Shown: positions 36,521-49,040 of the stretch, piece after piece
How the letters are laid out: every line of letters begins with the position of its first letter
How positions within the stretch are numbered: position 1 is the first letter of the stretch
DNA from: Lama glama
Taxonomy: Eukaryota
DNA: 64,000 nucleotides
Direction of reading: 5' to 3'
NCBI GenBank assembly: GCA_028534125.1
Contig: CM052816.1
Location: 21,392,001 to 21,456,000, forward strand
The notes under the pieces: model-generated
What the model was told of the DNA's origin: nothing
The model's input: the letters and a program-made list of their open reading frames with translations, nothing else
The model's database searches: none
Position numbers and translations under genes: made by a program

Positions 36521-38439
36521 GTTAAATTTCTTGGGAAAAGCAGATCCATTCAAAAGCCTCAAATGGCCCTGACAAAAGGCACTTCCATCTTGGTGGAGTG
36601 AGAAGAGGAGGTCCAGCTTTGTTGATATGATGAAGCCTTCTGCATAGGTAGAGGAAGTATTACAGCATGCTGTTGTAATATGTTTCTTCCCTGGCAGTGT
36701 CTGTTGAAAGCTGGTTGCATCAGTTTGTAATGGTATATGATGGGAACAGGTGAGCCCTGGCATCGTCCCAGGGAAGGGTGGGGGTGTGTAGGACCCACTC
36801 AGGGTGTCTGTGCTTGTGGGTAACAGTCAACTCTGGTCTTCAGATGATGCTCAAAATCCCTGGCTCTGGGTCCAGATTAGGAACTTGCAACATCTTGCTG
36901 AGGACCGTGTCAGGCTTGGCTCAAGTGCTTGGGCTGAGAATTTTCCTTCCTCTCCATGTGGTTAATGGCAGCCACCCTAGCAATGGCTGAATTCCAGCAT
37001 ACTCTAAACAAACTATAGGCAGCTTGGAAAAGACAAGACAGGACATGGACTTATATATACTACTCAGGTGTTCTGCCTACTTGGGTCCCATTCACTTTCC
37101 CAGAAATGCATGGACCATGAACCTTCTGCTATGTGAGGGGCTGTGCAGAGAGACCTCAGAAGCCTCCCCCAGCCCTCCAGGGCCCTCCACTTTCCAGCCA
37201 TAGGATGGCTCTTCTGGCTGTGTCCCTGCATATCTGCTTCCCAGAATGGCGTTTACAGAGCAAGAGTGAACAGGTTGGGCCTGGGGCTCTTGTACCTCTG
37301 CTGGGCGGGACGCTGGCGGGGGCCTCGGCTGGGCTCACTTGGCTGAGGGACAGAGTGGCGTGGGCTGGAAGAAGACAAGCTAAACTGAAAAAGCCTACAT
37401 CACTTAAGATGTTAAAAACAAACAAATCTGTCTCCAATTGCCCAGTCCTCACTCCTCAAATTAAAAAGAAAAATCCCTAGAGGTAAAAAAAAAAAAAAAA
37501 GAAAGAAAAATCATGAATAAGGAAGCCAGGGTAAGAATGTAGAAGTATCTCTCCACCGAAGCTGCAGTTCTTCATTTCCCTGGCTTTGGGTTCCCCTGGT
37601 GAAACTGAGGTGATGCTTCCCAGGCCTTTTCCTTCTGCCCAGGAAGGTCCATGGCTCTGCTGGAGTAGGCCAGGAAGCTTAGGCCCTGAGGGCTGTGCCT
37701 GTGCTGCCCCTGGCTGGGTCCTCAGCCCCAGTGTGCCATCTCATCGCCCTGCCTGTGAAATACCACAAAGGCAACCTCCGCCAGCCAGAGTGGCACTACC
37801 CCTTCCTGTTGTCTTTAAGAAGCGTTTAAGAAACGTATCCTTTTTGTGCTTCAGGAAACGGGTGGCCAGGAAGAGTTCTTGATTCTACTTTCTTCCTAGA
37901 GGTATGTGTGCTTCAAAGGGGTGCATAAATTCTACAGAACTGAGGCCTGACTGGGCAGTAGAGTGAGGAGGTGAGAGAACCCAAGAAGCACTCCAGCGGG
38001 AGAGTCACGCAGGCTGATCTCAGAGGTGGCCATAGGACAGCTTAGCTGCTGCAAGGGTGCGAGATGTGATAAGGGCAAGCCAACAGGCCTCACTGGGCTC
38101 CAATTTACCTTCAGCCCAGTGGATAGACAAGCACATGGCATTCCCCAGAGCAAAAGCATCAAAGAAGCTATTGACCTGAAAGCACATAGGCCTGGTGAGT
38201 CTGACCTGAGGGACCCATAATGTCACATCTAGGGGAATCCCACCCACACACGGCCTGGATGTCCCTCAAACATTCACTTTACCTTAAGGCCCAACAAGGG
38301 CCTAGTATCAGGAAGGTATTTAACCCTTTTTTGAAACTGTTGATATTTTCCAGCCTGTCATATAATTTCTGAAAACCAACACAAATTCTCTTCCCTGGTT
38401 TCCTTTTATCTACGTGTTTATTTTCCTTCTCAAAATACT

Positions 38440-39790
38440 CCAATACTGGCACAAAAACAGACATACAGATCAGTGGAACAGAACAGAGAGTCCAGAAATA
38501 AACTTATGCACTTATGGTCAATCTATGACAAAGGAGGCAAGAATATATGATGGTGAAAAGACAGTCTCTTCAATAAATGATGCTGGGAAAACTGAAGAGC
38601 TATATGTAAAAGAATGAAATTAGAATATTCTCTAATACTATATACAAAAACAAACTCAAATTAAAGACCTAAATTTAAGACTGGATACTATAAAACTTCT
38701 AGAGGAAAACATAGGCAGAACACTCTTTGACATTAATCACAGCAACATTTTTTTGGATCCATTTCCTAGAGTAACGGAAATAGAAGCAAAAATAAGCAAA
38801 TGAGACCCAATTAAACTGAAAAGTTTTTGCACAGCAAAGGAAACCATAAACAAAATGAAAAGACAACCTATGGAATGGGAAAAAATGTTTGCAAGCAATG
38901 CAACTGACAAGGGAATGATTTCCAAAATATACAAGCAGTTTACACAGTTCAATTTCAAAAAAACCCAATTAAAAAATGGGCAGAAGATCTAAACAGACAT
39001 TTCATCAAAGAAGACATACAGATGGCCATTAAGCACATGAAAAGATGCTGAACGCTGCTAATTATTCAATAAATGCAAATCAAAACTATAATGAGGTATC
39101 ACCTCAAACCAGTCAGAATGGCCATCATTAAAAAGTCTACAGATAATAAATGCTGGAAAGAGTGTGGAGAAAAAGGAACCCTCCTACACTGTTGGTGGGA
39201 AGGCAAATTGGTGCAGTCACTGTGGAGAACAGAAAGGAGGCTGCTTAAAAAACTGAATATAGAAGGGGAGAGGGTATAGCTCAGCGGTAGAGTGTGTGCT
39301 TAGCATGCATGAGGTCCTGGGTTCAATCCTAGTACCTTCCTTTAAAAAAGTAAATAAAAATAAATAAATAAACCTAATTGCCTCCTGCTCAGAAAAAAAA
39401 AAGAAAAAGAAAAAGAAAAACAGAGTTACCATATGATCTAGCAATTCCACTCCTGGGCATATATATCCAGAAAAGACGAAAGCTCTAATTTGAAAAGATA
39501 CATGCACCCCAATGTTCACAGAAGCACTATTTACAATAGCCAAGACATGGAAGCAACCTAACTGTCCATCAACAGATGACTAGATAAAGAAGTTGTGGTA
39601 TTTATATACAATGGAATACTACTCAGCCATAAAAAGGAACGAAATAATGTCACTGGCAGCAACAGTGGATGGATCTAGAGATTATCATAGTAAGTGAAGT
39701 AAGTTAAGTTAGTCAGAGAAAGACAAATATATGATATCACTTATATGTGGAATCTAAAAAAATGACACAAACAAACTTATTTACAAATGA
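38440..39790 (+). mobile_element. 5'-truncated L1 (ORF2 C-terminus and start of 3' UTR), decayed, interrupted by a SINE
   Basis: Translations YWHKNRHTDQWNRTESPEIN and [43 protein letters not shown] are L1 ORF2p C-terminal motifs; frameshifts and stops present. Confidence 0.95.
39265..39420 (+). mobile_element. tRNA-Ala-derived SINE (camelid Vic-1 type) inserted in L1
   Basis: GGGGAGAGGGTATAGCTCAGCGGTAGAG (A box) ... GGGTTCAATCC (B box) plus A-rich tail; L1 resumes at AGAGTTACCATATGATC. Confidence 0.88.
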
Positions 39791-39905
39791 ACTTACTTAG
39801 AATACAGACTTGCTGACCTGAGGCTGGGCAAGGGAGGGAGCTGGCAGGGGGATAAAGCACCTCAACATACCCCAACATTACTATCCAATCTCCTGCAGAG
39901 GTCTT

Positions 39906-40078
39906 TTTTAACCTCTTTTTATACACATATTTTATTTAAATGTGTAATTTTTATGTTTTGTCTTGAGGTGGTACTTAGGTTTGTTTACTTGTTTGTTTAT
40001 ACGGAGGTACTGGGGATTAAACCCAGGATCTCGTACATGCTAAGCACACACTCTACCACTGAGCTATACCCTTCCCTG
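39906..40078 (-). mobile_element. tRNA-Ala-derived SINE (camelid Vic-1 type)
   Basis: Reverse complement reads GGGAAGGGTATAGCTCAGTGGTAGAG...CTGGGTTTAATCCCCAGTACCTCC. 16-bp TSD CTCCTG(C/A)AGAGGTCTT at 39890-39905 and 40079-40094. Confidence 0.9.
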
Positions 40079-41134
40079 CTCCTGAAGAGGTCTTCAACTA
40101 CCCAAACCCAACTGAAAGCATGAGGACATAGAGCCTCACTGACCCAACCCACAAAGGTCAAATACTGGAAGGTGTGGGGAAGGGTAGAATATGAGTAGAG
40201 GCAGGCTGGTGGGGGGGGATACCCTGCATGGTCATCTAGTTTACTAGCCATTTAAAAGAAGTAAATTAGAAGTTACTGTGCTATAATGTGGCACCTTTAC
40301 TGCAAATAAAAGGGACAAGAGGCAGTCAGAGACAGAAATGACCATGAAAAAGGGTTTAAGGAATTTTAGCACAGTGATCTAGGTCCTCATCATGGAGGGA
40401 CAGATAGCTCTATTTAGCTTAATAATTCCAAGGTAAAAATGTATGTCCATAAAGATGATTCTAAATTATCCACAAAACATTAAACGTGTGTACTACTTAA
40501 CTGATTTAACAAGGCAGGGAAGATTATAACACAATTTAGAGATACCATGCATCCATCCAAAATAAGTATAACAGGCTTCCATTAAACATCAGGTTATTTA
40601 CGTGGCTCGATCTCCTTTCTCTCTGAAGTGACACTAAAATGCTAGTCAAGAATTAAAATGGTATAAATCCTTAAGAGCAAATAGAATGGTAGAGACATCA
40701 GTGGATGAGAGATTTCAGCAAACTCTGGGAAGCTGGAAAACAGATGGAGAATGATGGCTGATGTGGAAGAAGCTAGTTTCTTAAGGGCCCACAGAGGTGG
40801 ACAATGACAGAAGGCAAGCTACTTCACCCTCAGAACTCTGGGGGAGCTCAGGCCTTGGGGAGAGTCAGGTCAGGTACAGAGTGGGTGGGGTAAGGAACCA
40901 TAGCAATTGTTTGGAATCCTCCCAGGTCCCACCCTACACTGTGTCCCATATAGCAGGAGACTGAAGACATTAAACAGGAGAAACCCTGGCAAAAGAGAGG
41001 CAGATGAACCTTTTCAAAGATGAAAAGAGAGTGATGAGGGCAAAGTGTGAAGAATGAACAGTGGGACTCAATGCGCTCCCCTCCACTGCTGCACACCCAA
41101 GCCTGCCCCAGGCACATATCACCCCATTTCAGAG

Positions 41135-41625
41135 TGTAGTAAACAAACATGGGTACAAATTTTTTTTGACACTTCTTCCATTGAGGTATGTCTTTGTCTC
41201 CTTTGGTGAATCTGGATGGGCTTGTGACTACAGCAGAAGTGATGCTCTGTGATTTCCAAAGCCAGGCCATAAAAGGTGCTGCAGCTTCCATATTGCTGGC
41301 TGGAACATTCACACTGAGCCCCGAGCTACCACGCAAGACGTCCAAGTACCAGGCTGTTGTACTAGAGAGGCCATTTGTAGTCTCTCTGTCTCCAGGCCCA
41401 GTTGTGCCCAGTCTTCCAGCTATCCCTGCCAAGTGGAGAAAATCAGAATGGGATCCTTCAGCCCCAACTGGTTCCAACTCCCAGACACCTCAGCCTAGGC
41501 CTCAGACATTGTGAAGCAGAAAAGAGCTGTACCTTTTCCAAATTCCTGACTTGCAGTGCAATAAAATGGTAGTTGTTTATGCTAGAAAGTATTGGGGTGG
41601 TCTGCTATACAGCAAATGGAACAGG
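41135..41625 (+). mobile_element. MLT1-family MaLR solo LTR
   Basis: GAATCTGGATGGGCTTGTGAC...CAGAAGTGATGCTCTGTGATTTCCAAAGCCAGGCC...AATAAAATGGTAGTTGTTT...GGGGTGGTCTGCTATACAGCA. Confidence 0.8.
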
Positions 41626-41666
41626 GAGTTAGAATGCTTCTCTTGAGAAGCAGCATGGCTCCAGAG

Positions 41667-41864
41667 CAGTGGTTCTAAACAGATTTTGCCCTCAGGGGAC
41701 ATTTGGCAATGTTTACAGCCATTTTTGGTTATCATAACTCTGGGAGTGGGGCTGCTACTGGCACCCAGTGGGTAGAGATCAGTGACGCTACTAAATATTC
41801 TACAGTGCACAACAAGGAATTATTTGGCCCAAAATGTCAACAGTGTCAAGGTTGAGAAACCCAG
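41667..41864 (+). mobile_element. MER20 hAT-Charlie MITE
   Basis: CAGTGGTTCTAAAC...GGGGACATTTGGCAATGT...GCTACTGGCACCCAGTGGGTAGAG...GTCAAGGTTGAGAAACCC. Confidence 0.88.
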
Positions 41865-41989
41865 CGCTAGAGAAAAGAGTCTGACATTTAAAGGCTTGTT
41901 AACGAAAAGATTGTCTTGCTTCCTGCAGTGAAGCCCCAATTGATATGTTCTCCCCAAACAGTTTAATTCAGCTTCTTATTGCTTCATTC

Positions 41990-42780
41990 ATAAATATCAA
42001 TAGATACTTTTGATGTTTGAGGAAAGCCTTCAACAGGAAAGAGAAAACAAAGAAAAGCCAGATGGAAACAAAGACAATTTAGAGATTAGAAGAATATTAA
42101 TACAAAACTAATAGACACTGAAAATAATACATTCAGAGAGATAAGAGGGAGACAGTATATCCATAAAACAAGAATGCAATATTACGAAAGAGAAATAACT
42201 GAATATAAGAATGGGTATTTGTATATAAAAAATATAAAAGCCAAAAATTCTTTAAATCAATAGAAGGACTGGAGGATAAAAGCAAGGAAGGTTTCCCAAG
42301 AAAGTAGACCCAAAAGACAAAGGGAGGAGAAATAAAAGAGAAAATATAAGAAAATTAGAAGATTAATCCATTAGGTTCAACAGATAAAACAGAGAGGAGG
42401 AAATTATCAAAGAATTAACATAATTTCCTCCAGAACTCAAGGACATATAACACACTCTTTAGCACAGCAGTGAAGAATGTCTACATTCACTATGTATTGA
42501 GCTAACCAAAAATAGTGTTAGTCTTACTGAAAGGATGCAGGGATGAGAACTGGACGTGGTTTTATAGGTGAGCTCAGTTCTCACCTACCACAACAAGTCC
42601 ACAGAGGTCTAAAATTGGTAAATCAAGAAATAACAACAGAACAGAAATAGAAAAGGGTTAAAAGGGGCTCCCTCTGAAGAGAGTAGAACTGAGAAGGGTA
42701 GAAAGGGGATTTTTATAAGCCTCTCTATTTTATTTAAACCATATCCATGCATAATTTTGACAAGTTTGATAAAATAGAAA
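41990..42780 (+). mobile_element. Very old A-rich L1 fragments
   Basis: A-rich decayed L1-like stretches such as AGAAAATTAGAAGATTAATCC and GAGGAAATTATCAAAGAA. Confidence 0.45.
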
Positions 42781-43687
42781 TTAATTAAAATGAGTCCAAT
42801 AAAAAATTACAATGTGATTGGATTAAATTCAATTATTTGGAAAATTCACTTATGTGGACAAGCCATGGCCCAAGAATGCTCAAAAAACTGGCATGGGCAG
42901 CATATACCTTGTTAATGTGGAAGAGTTTCTCCTAATGTCACCAACGAGCAGACTGTTGGTAGGTAGGGGTAGGGATGGGAGATGGCACAGCAGCCCTTGG
43001 ACAGTCACCCCCTCCCTTTCCCAGCAGGTTGTATTTGCTTGGGAGACCCTACCCTTAAATATGGATCCTATCAGGCTGCCAAAGAGAGGAGCTAGTCATC
43101 CTTTTAGGATGACTTCTGGGAATCCACTAGGATCCCCTACCTTTCTTACTCTGGACCCAGACAAGATGATGGGTTTCTTTCTGAGGGTGGCTAGGCCTGC
43201 CCAGGGCTGCAGCCACAGGGCCCTCCCTGGAGGTACAGGAGACAGGCTGTCTAAGCAGCCAAAAGTGCCCACACACACTCATGGTCATCTGACAGGTCAC
43301 CATATCTCTTACCAGGAGATCCCCGAGAAGAGGCCAAAGTGGGGAACATGATTGTAGGCATTTGAGCCTCACATTTGAGGCACATCTCCTTGGACACTAG
43401 CTCTCAGGTCTAACCATCTTTTCTTTCTTTTCCTTCATCCACTGCCTATTCTCCATCCCATCTGTCTCTACCTCAGTCCTCCAGAGCTCTGCCCTGGGGC
43501 TGCTCAGCTGACTTGCCTGCCAAATGCACTGCAGTTTTTTTTTTAAACATTTTCAATTGTTACATCCTTTGAAAAATTATATCATCATTATATAAGTAAT
43601 ACATATTCCTTATAGAAAAATGTTAAAATATTGAAAATCACCCATAATTCTAACCAGCCAAATAAAACCAATATTTGCCCATGAATT

Positions 43688-43748
43688 TCCAGAATGTTTC
43701 CAGGTTTTCTCACAAGTATCCAGAATGTATTCAGGCTTTCTCACAAGT
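43688..43748. repeat. 31-bp-period tandem duplication (2 copies)
   Basis: TCCAGAATGTTTCCAGGTTTTCTCACAAGT / TCCAGAATGTATTCAGGCTTTCTCACAAGT. Confidence 0.85.
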
Positions 43749-45124
43749 GAAAATACTGTTGGTCCACATCTCATTTGGGTACCGACCTGCTAAGCACTCA
43801 ACATATGCCAGACCTTGAGTTGGGCCTTTAGAGGTGTCAATCCCAGCAAATCCTCACAACTCTGTGAGGCAGGTGTTATTCTTCCCATTTTGCAGGCAGG
43901 AAGCGGGGGCTTAAGGAGATCACATCGCTTGTCTGAGTCCTCATCTTGGTTAAGAGACTGGCGTGGATTTCAACCCTCCAGGCTAAATCTAAAGCTATTT
44001 TCCTTGAATGTTTTGTAAGAGCTTTCCATTTTTCTTTTTCTTTCTTTCCTCCCTTCTGCCCTCCTTCCCTTCCTTCCTTCTTTCTTTCTCTCTTTTTTCA
44101 CTTAATAATATATGCAAACATCTTTCTTGTCAATAAATACACACCTAGATCATTCTGCTGCATGACATATCTTTGTATGGACATGCAAGATTTTAAACAA
44201 CCAATTACTTTTTATTGGACTTTCTAATGTTTCCCTTTTTTTCTATTATAAACAATGCAGTTACAAATATCTTTGTTCATATACCTTTGCACAAATATGA
44301 TTATTTTCTTAGGATAAATTCCAGGAGGTAGAATTGCTTGGACAAAGGCTAGACACATTTTAAACAGCTGCCCCTTTTCCAGTCACATCAGCTATCAGTG
44401 CACATTCCCCCACATACAGTATTTACTGAGTATTTTCACTTTTTAAAAAACTTGGACTGTGATTTAACACTGAATCTTAGAACCCTATGCTGAAAGCATT
44501 CTAGTGTATTCCTCTAGAGTTAGAATCATACTTTAAAAAAAAAAAAGCCTGGACTTCAATAGTAAGGAAGGGGAGGGAGGAAAGCAGAGCAGGAGGGCCA
44601 GGCTGTAGGCCCACAACTGACTGGCATGACGGAGGTTGTTGACGTTTTCCCAAGGGAAGCAGTCTCCTCCTGGATCTGAAGACCTGACAGCCACCTCTGA
44701 TGATCCACTCCTCATATTCAGCTGTCCTCACTGTCCCAGCACTCACACACTAATCAAAAAGTCAACTCGAATTCTCAGATCTTCACTTTATCTGGTTGCC
44801 AACACTTTCAGTACTCTGGTCTTCCTTGAATAACTTTCAGGGCCTTTTAAGCTAGGAAGTCCCAAACTAGATACAGTATTATTGCTCTTTTACCTTGATG
44901 TTGTCTTCCTTCAATAGGCTGCAAACTCTGGCACCTGGTGGAAAAAAGGAAAGTAAGTGATTGAGGCACAGCACTGAGGGGGAGACTTGGGGCAAAGCAG
45001 CTGGTCCACAACAGACACCAGCACATGACGTCCATGTGGGCATTCTCTGCTCAGGGAAGTTCTTTCTCACTTGGCTTGTTAATGCTCCTGATAATGCTGG
45101 CAGAAACCTCAATGCTCTTTCCCT

Positions 45125-46520
45125 TGTCCAGTCATCAGATATGCCAGGCACTGTCCTTGGCCTCTGGGGATACAGTAGTAGACAAACAAATTTTAAAAAC
45201 CCTGTCCTTGTGGAACTTGAAATTTCCTGGCAAAGACCAACAACCAACCAACCAACTAAACAAACAAACAAACAAACAAATAAATAAATAAAATAGTAGC
45301 CAGAAGAGGAAAAATAAAGCAAAAGACGGGAGGAGGAAAATATTAGCTCGGAAGGTGGGAAGGAGAGCTGAAACTGTAAATGGTGTGGCCAGAGAAGCCC
45401 AGACAGCTGAGAAGATGACCTATGAACAAAGACCTGAAAGAAATGAGGACATGCGCCCTGAAAATCAGTGGGGAAGAAGCTTCCCAGGTGGAGGCAACAG
45501 CACATGCAAAGGCCTGAAGGTGAGAGTCTGCCTGACATGGTAAATATCAGAGAAGAGGGTGGTGTGGCCAGAGTAGAGTAAGTGAAGGGGGAAGTAAGGG
45601 AGGGGATCAGAGAGGTAGTGAGAGGCTCTAGAGTGTGCAGAGCATTAAAGTTCATCAAGTATTAAACTTGAGCTTTGACTCAAGATGGAAGCCACTGGAG
45701 AGTTTTAGACAAAGAAGTGACACGAAGTGACTCACACTTTAATAAGATCACTCTGGATGTTGTGTTGAGATTAAATTGGGGAGTATAGGTCGAACCAGTT
45801 GGGAGACTACAGCAGAAATCCTGGCAAGAGACAATGGTGGCTTGGACTAGAGAGGTAGCATGGAGGTAATGAGATCTGGTCAGACACCACAAAGTAGAGG
45901 CAGCAGAATTTGTTGATGGATTGGAAGTGGGATATGAAATAAAGGAGTCAAGGAGGACTCCAAGATTTCTGGCCTGACCAAGTGGGAAGATGGAATAGCT
46001 ATTATTTGAATGCAGAAGCCTGATAATGGAGCATGTCTGACGGGGAGATAAGGAGCTCAGTTTTGGACATGTTAAGTATGAAAAGACTTTTAGACACTCA
46101 AGTGGAGAGGCCTGTAAGCAGGTGGGTATATGAGTATGGAGTTCAGGGGAGAGGTCCAGGCTGGAAACAAAGATTTGTGACTACTGACCATATAGCTCTT
46201 TAAAGCCATGACACAGGATGAGATCACCAAGGGGGTGACTGTCAATAGAGAAGCTGCTGTGAGGACTGAGCCCCATTCAGTTGCTCAGCACATGAGATTG
46301 AAAAGGAGTAGCAAGTAAAACAGGATGGAAACCAGGAGAAAGGGTTTCAAGGAGAGGGAGCAACCCACTGTGACAGGTCAAGTAATATGGAGTCAGAGAA
46401 TTAACAACTGGATTTAGTATCTTGGAGTCACAGGTGATCCTGGTCAAGGGCAGATTCAGGGAAATGGTTGGGATGAGAACCTGACTGGAACAGATTCAAG
46501 TGAGAGAAGCTCAAGTTGTG
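45125..46520 (-). mobile_element. L2 LINE fragment
   Basis: ATGCCAGGCACTGT...GGCAACAGCACATGCAAAGGCCTG...GGAAGCCACTGGAGAGTTT...AAGATCACTCTGG...TTTGGACATGTTAAG are typical antisense L2 motifs. Confidence 0.88.
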
Positions 46521-47289
46521 AGCTAAAAGACAGAGTGGGCTGGCAGCAGCAGAAGCTCTGGAAGCAAAGGGGTAAAAGATCATCAGATAAACTGCTTTTA
46601 GCTTCACTTCACTCATTTATAAACTGTAAAGCACAAAGCGGGCACTTCCACAATGCATGTAACCATTTGGCAGCTGTGGTTCCCAAGCTGGACCAGATTC
46701 TCCAGGTTGCTGAGCTTCAACCAGTTCTGGCCCCATGAGACAGCAATCAGCTTGTTTCTAGACTCTCATGAAATTACTCCCATTTTCTCAGTGTCACGCG
46801 TAGCCTTAGGATCAATACCCGTAACTTGGGGTTGTTGAGCAGGTCCTCTGTTTCTTATAAACCAAGATCTCAATCGGGCCTCTTCTCCTGATGCAAAGTT
46901 AGAGGGAACAAGACAGGCAGGACGTGCTGCTCTCACGGAGCCTCGCTTCCGGCGGAGGAGATGAAGAATCACCAAGGAAACAGATGAGCAGGCAGGTCAC
47001 TTCAGATGTGGACAAGTGCAATGAAGATAATAAAATGGGGTGAAAGAGGGAAAGAGAATGTGGGAGGAGCCACCTTCAGCCAGACTGTGTGGTCAGGTGG
47101 CCTCTCTGGAAGATGACATTTAAGATGAGAACTAGATGACAGTGCCCAGCTAATTCCCCTCAAACTGGCCCTTACCCTACTCTACTCTTGAGCTTTCAAA
47201 TTTCCCAAGGCTGGGTAGGGCCTGGCACCAGCTAAGTACAGGTCCAAAAAGAGATATTCTCTTTCTCTCTCTAATATGTATTGTGGGGA

Positions 47290-47760
47290 TTTTTTTTCTC
47301 CATGACTACAAAAGACATGCATTTTCACAGAAAGAATTGGAAAAAATTGAAAAAAGAAGTTACGTACAATTCTGCCACCCACAGATAACTACTGTTCACA
47401 TTTGGTATGCAATTTTCTAGACATTTTCTATGCACATATAGACATATTTTTAAAAAATGAGATCATGTACATTGTTTTGTGTATGCTGTTTTAGTCAAGA
47501 ATTTTTACTAAATTGATTATAAGCATTCTTCTCTTGCCATTTCGTTTTCTTCTACATGATGATTTTTAATGGCTGCATAGTATTCCACCGAATGCTCATT
47601 TTTACCAAATTTTATTTAATTCCCAAACATTGGCCACTTAAGATTGTTTCCAAGTGACTGCTATTGTGAGTAAGTACTACAATGAATAATTCTGTACGTA
47701 TCTTTTTTCCTTAGTTGGGGAGGCTTGCAAATCTCTGAATGTTTCCTTGGGTTAAAAAAA
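47290..47760 (-). mobile_element. Old L1 (L1ME-like) fragment
   Basis: TTTTTAATGGCTGCATAGTATTCCA...GATTGTTTCCAA. Confidence 0.6.
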
Positions 47761-48354
47761 AGTCACTGCCCAGTGGGAGTACCACAAGTCTCATGGCACT
47801 GAGAGGCAGCCTGAGGCTGAGGGCAGTGGAAGGGCAGAGCTGAGCCATGGTCCCAAGGAGCCCCAGAGTTCGCTCAGATGCCAGAAGCTGATTTAATCCT
47901 CTGACATACCCCACCCAGAGTTTTCCTCTCTGGAGGGCCTGAGCAGCAGGAAAACAATAGGCCCCTCACATTAACCCAGTGAAATCCAAAGGGATTCCCC
48001 ACCTGAGCCAGGAAGAGGGTGTCACTCTCTGACCTAAGCACAGAGAGCACCTCCATCCTCCCTTGAAATCCCCTTGAGGAAGCTCCTCCCTCCAACCCTC
48101 CCTGGGGAAAACATCCGTGTGGTGAGGCAGTCAGCCTTTCTTCGGGGAAGCACTTCTGGGGAGTGCATAGGAAATAAAGGGCTCTCCAGAAATAGCAGCT
48201 CCTCTCCTATCCCTGACCCACCCTCCTCCTGAATCCTTGAATTCTCCAATTCCCCAGAGGGGCTGGTAGGGAGAGTTTATGCCCCCTATGAGAGGACTGT
48301 TCTCAGGGAGAGCGTGTTCTGGGGTGAATGGGAAAAGCACAAGCCCAGGAGGCC

Positions 48355-48660
48355 ATCAGACCTGGGTTTGAATCCTAGCTCTGGCACATTCCAACCTCAT
48401 CTTGGACAAGTGACCTCCCCTGTGAAATTCAAGCTCCAGGGACTTGGGTCTCTTTTGTTTACTGTTATATCTGCCAACACTTAGCAGGTAGCAGGTGCTC
48501 AATAAATACTATGCCAGGTCAATGCATATGATCATTTCTGAGCCTCAGTTTTCTCATCTATAAAATGGGGATGCTAACACCTATCTCACAGGCTTGTCGT
48601 GAATAAAAAAATAAAACATGGGTAAAATATTTAACATAGTTTTGGGTGTTTAGCAAACAC
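48355..48660 (+). mobile_element. MIR SINE (with a short internal L2-like piece)
   Basis: AGACCTGGGTTTGAATCCTAGCTCTG ... CTGAGCCTCAGTTTTCTCATCTATAAAATGGGGATG. Confidence 0.75.
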
Positions 48661-48899
48661 TAGAGTTCAAAGCCCTGGAGAATTGCATACACCATGCCCT
48701 GAGCCCCATAGCATTGACAGGAAGCTCTTCAGTTTCCTCAGCAGAATTAGTTTGTCTCTACTCTGCTCACTACTGCACCCCAAACACACCTCTGGTATGG
48801 TACATATCATCCTGTGTGTGTGCTTCCGACTCCCTCATTACACTTCAGGGCAGTTTAAGGACAAAAATTTTGCCTCTGTATCCTCTGTGCCTCTGAACA

Positions 48900-49040
48900 A
48901 CACTGTAAAGTAAGCAAGGTCTTTATCCCCATTGTACAGATGAGGAAACTAAGGCTCAGAAAGGTTAGGTACCTTGCCCTAGTAACACAGCTGGGGAGTG
49001 GCAGACCAAGATGTAAATTTGGTTCTGATTTCTGGGCCTC
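48900..49040 (-). mobile_element. MIR SINE
   Basis: ATCCCCATTGTACAGATGAGGAAACTAAGGCTCAGAAAGGTTAG. Confidence 0.82.

Noticed and set aside
39265..39340. tRNA-Ala-like sequence (also 40003-40076 on the minus strand)
   Set aside because: Altered acceptor stem, A-rich tail, TSD and insertion into L1 identify these as SINEs, not tRNA genes.
40848..41477. 209-aa minus-strand ORF
   Set aside because: Overlaps a MaLR LTR; no protein family features.
44879..45658. 259-aa minus-strand ORF
   Set aside because: Runs mostly through decayed L2 sequence and an (AAAC)n tract; not gene-like.
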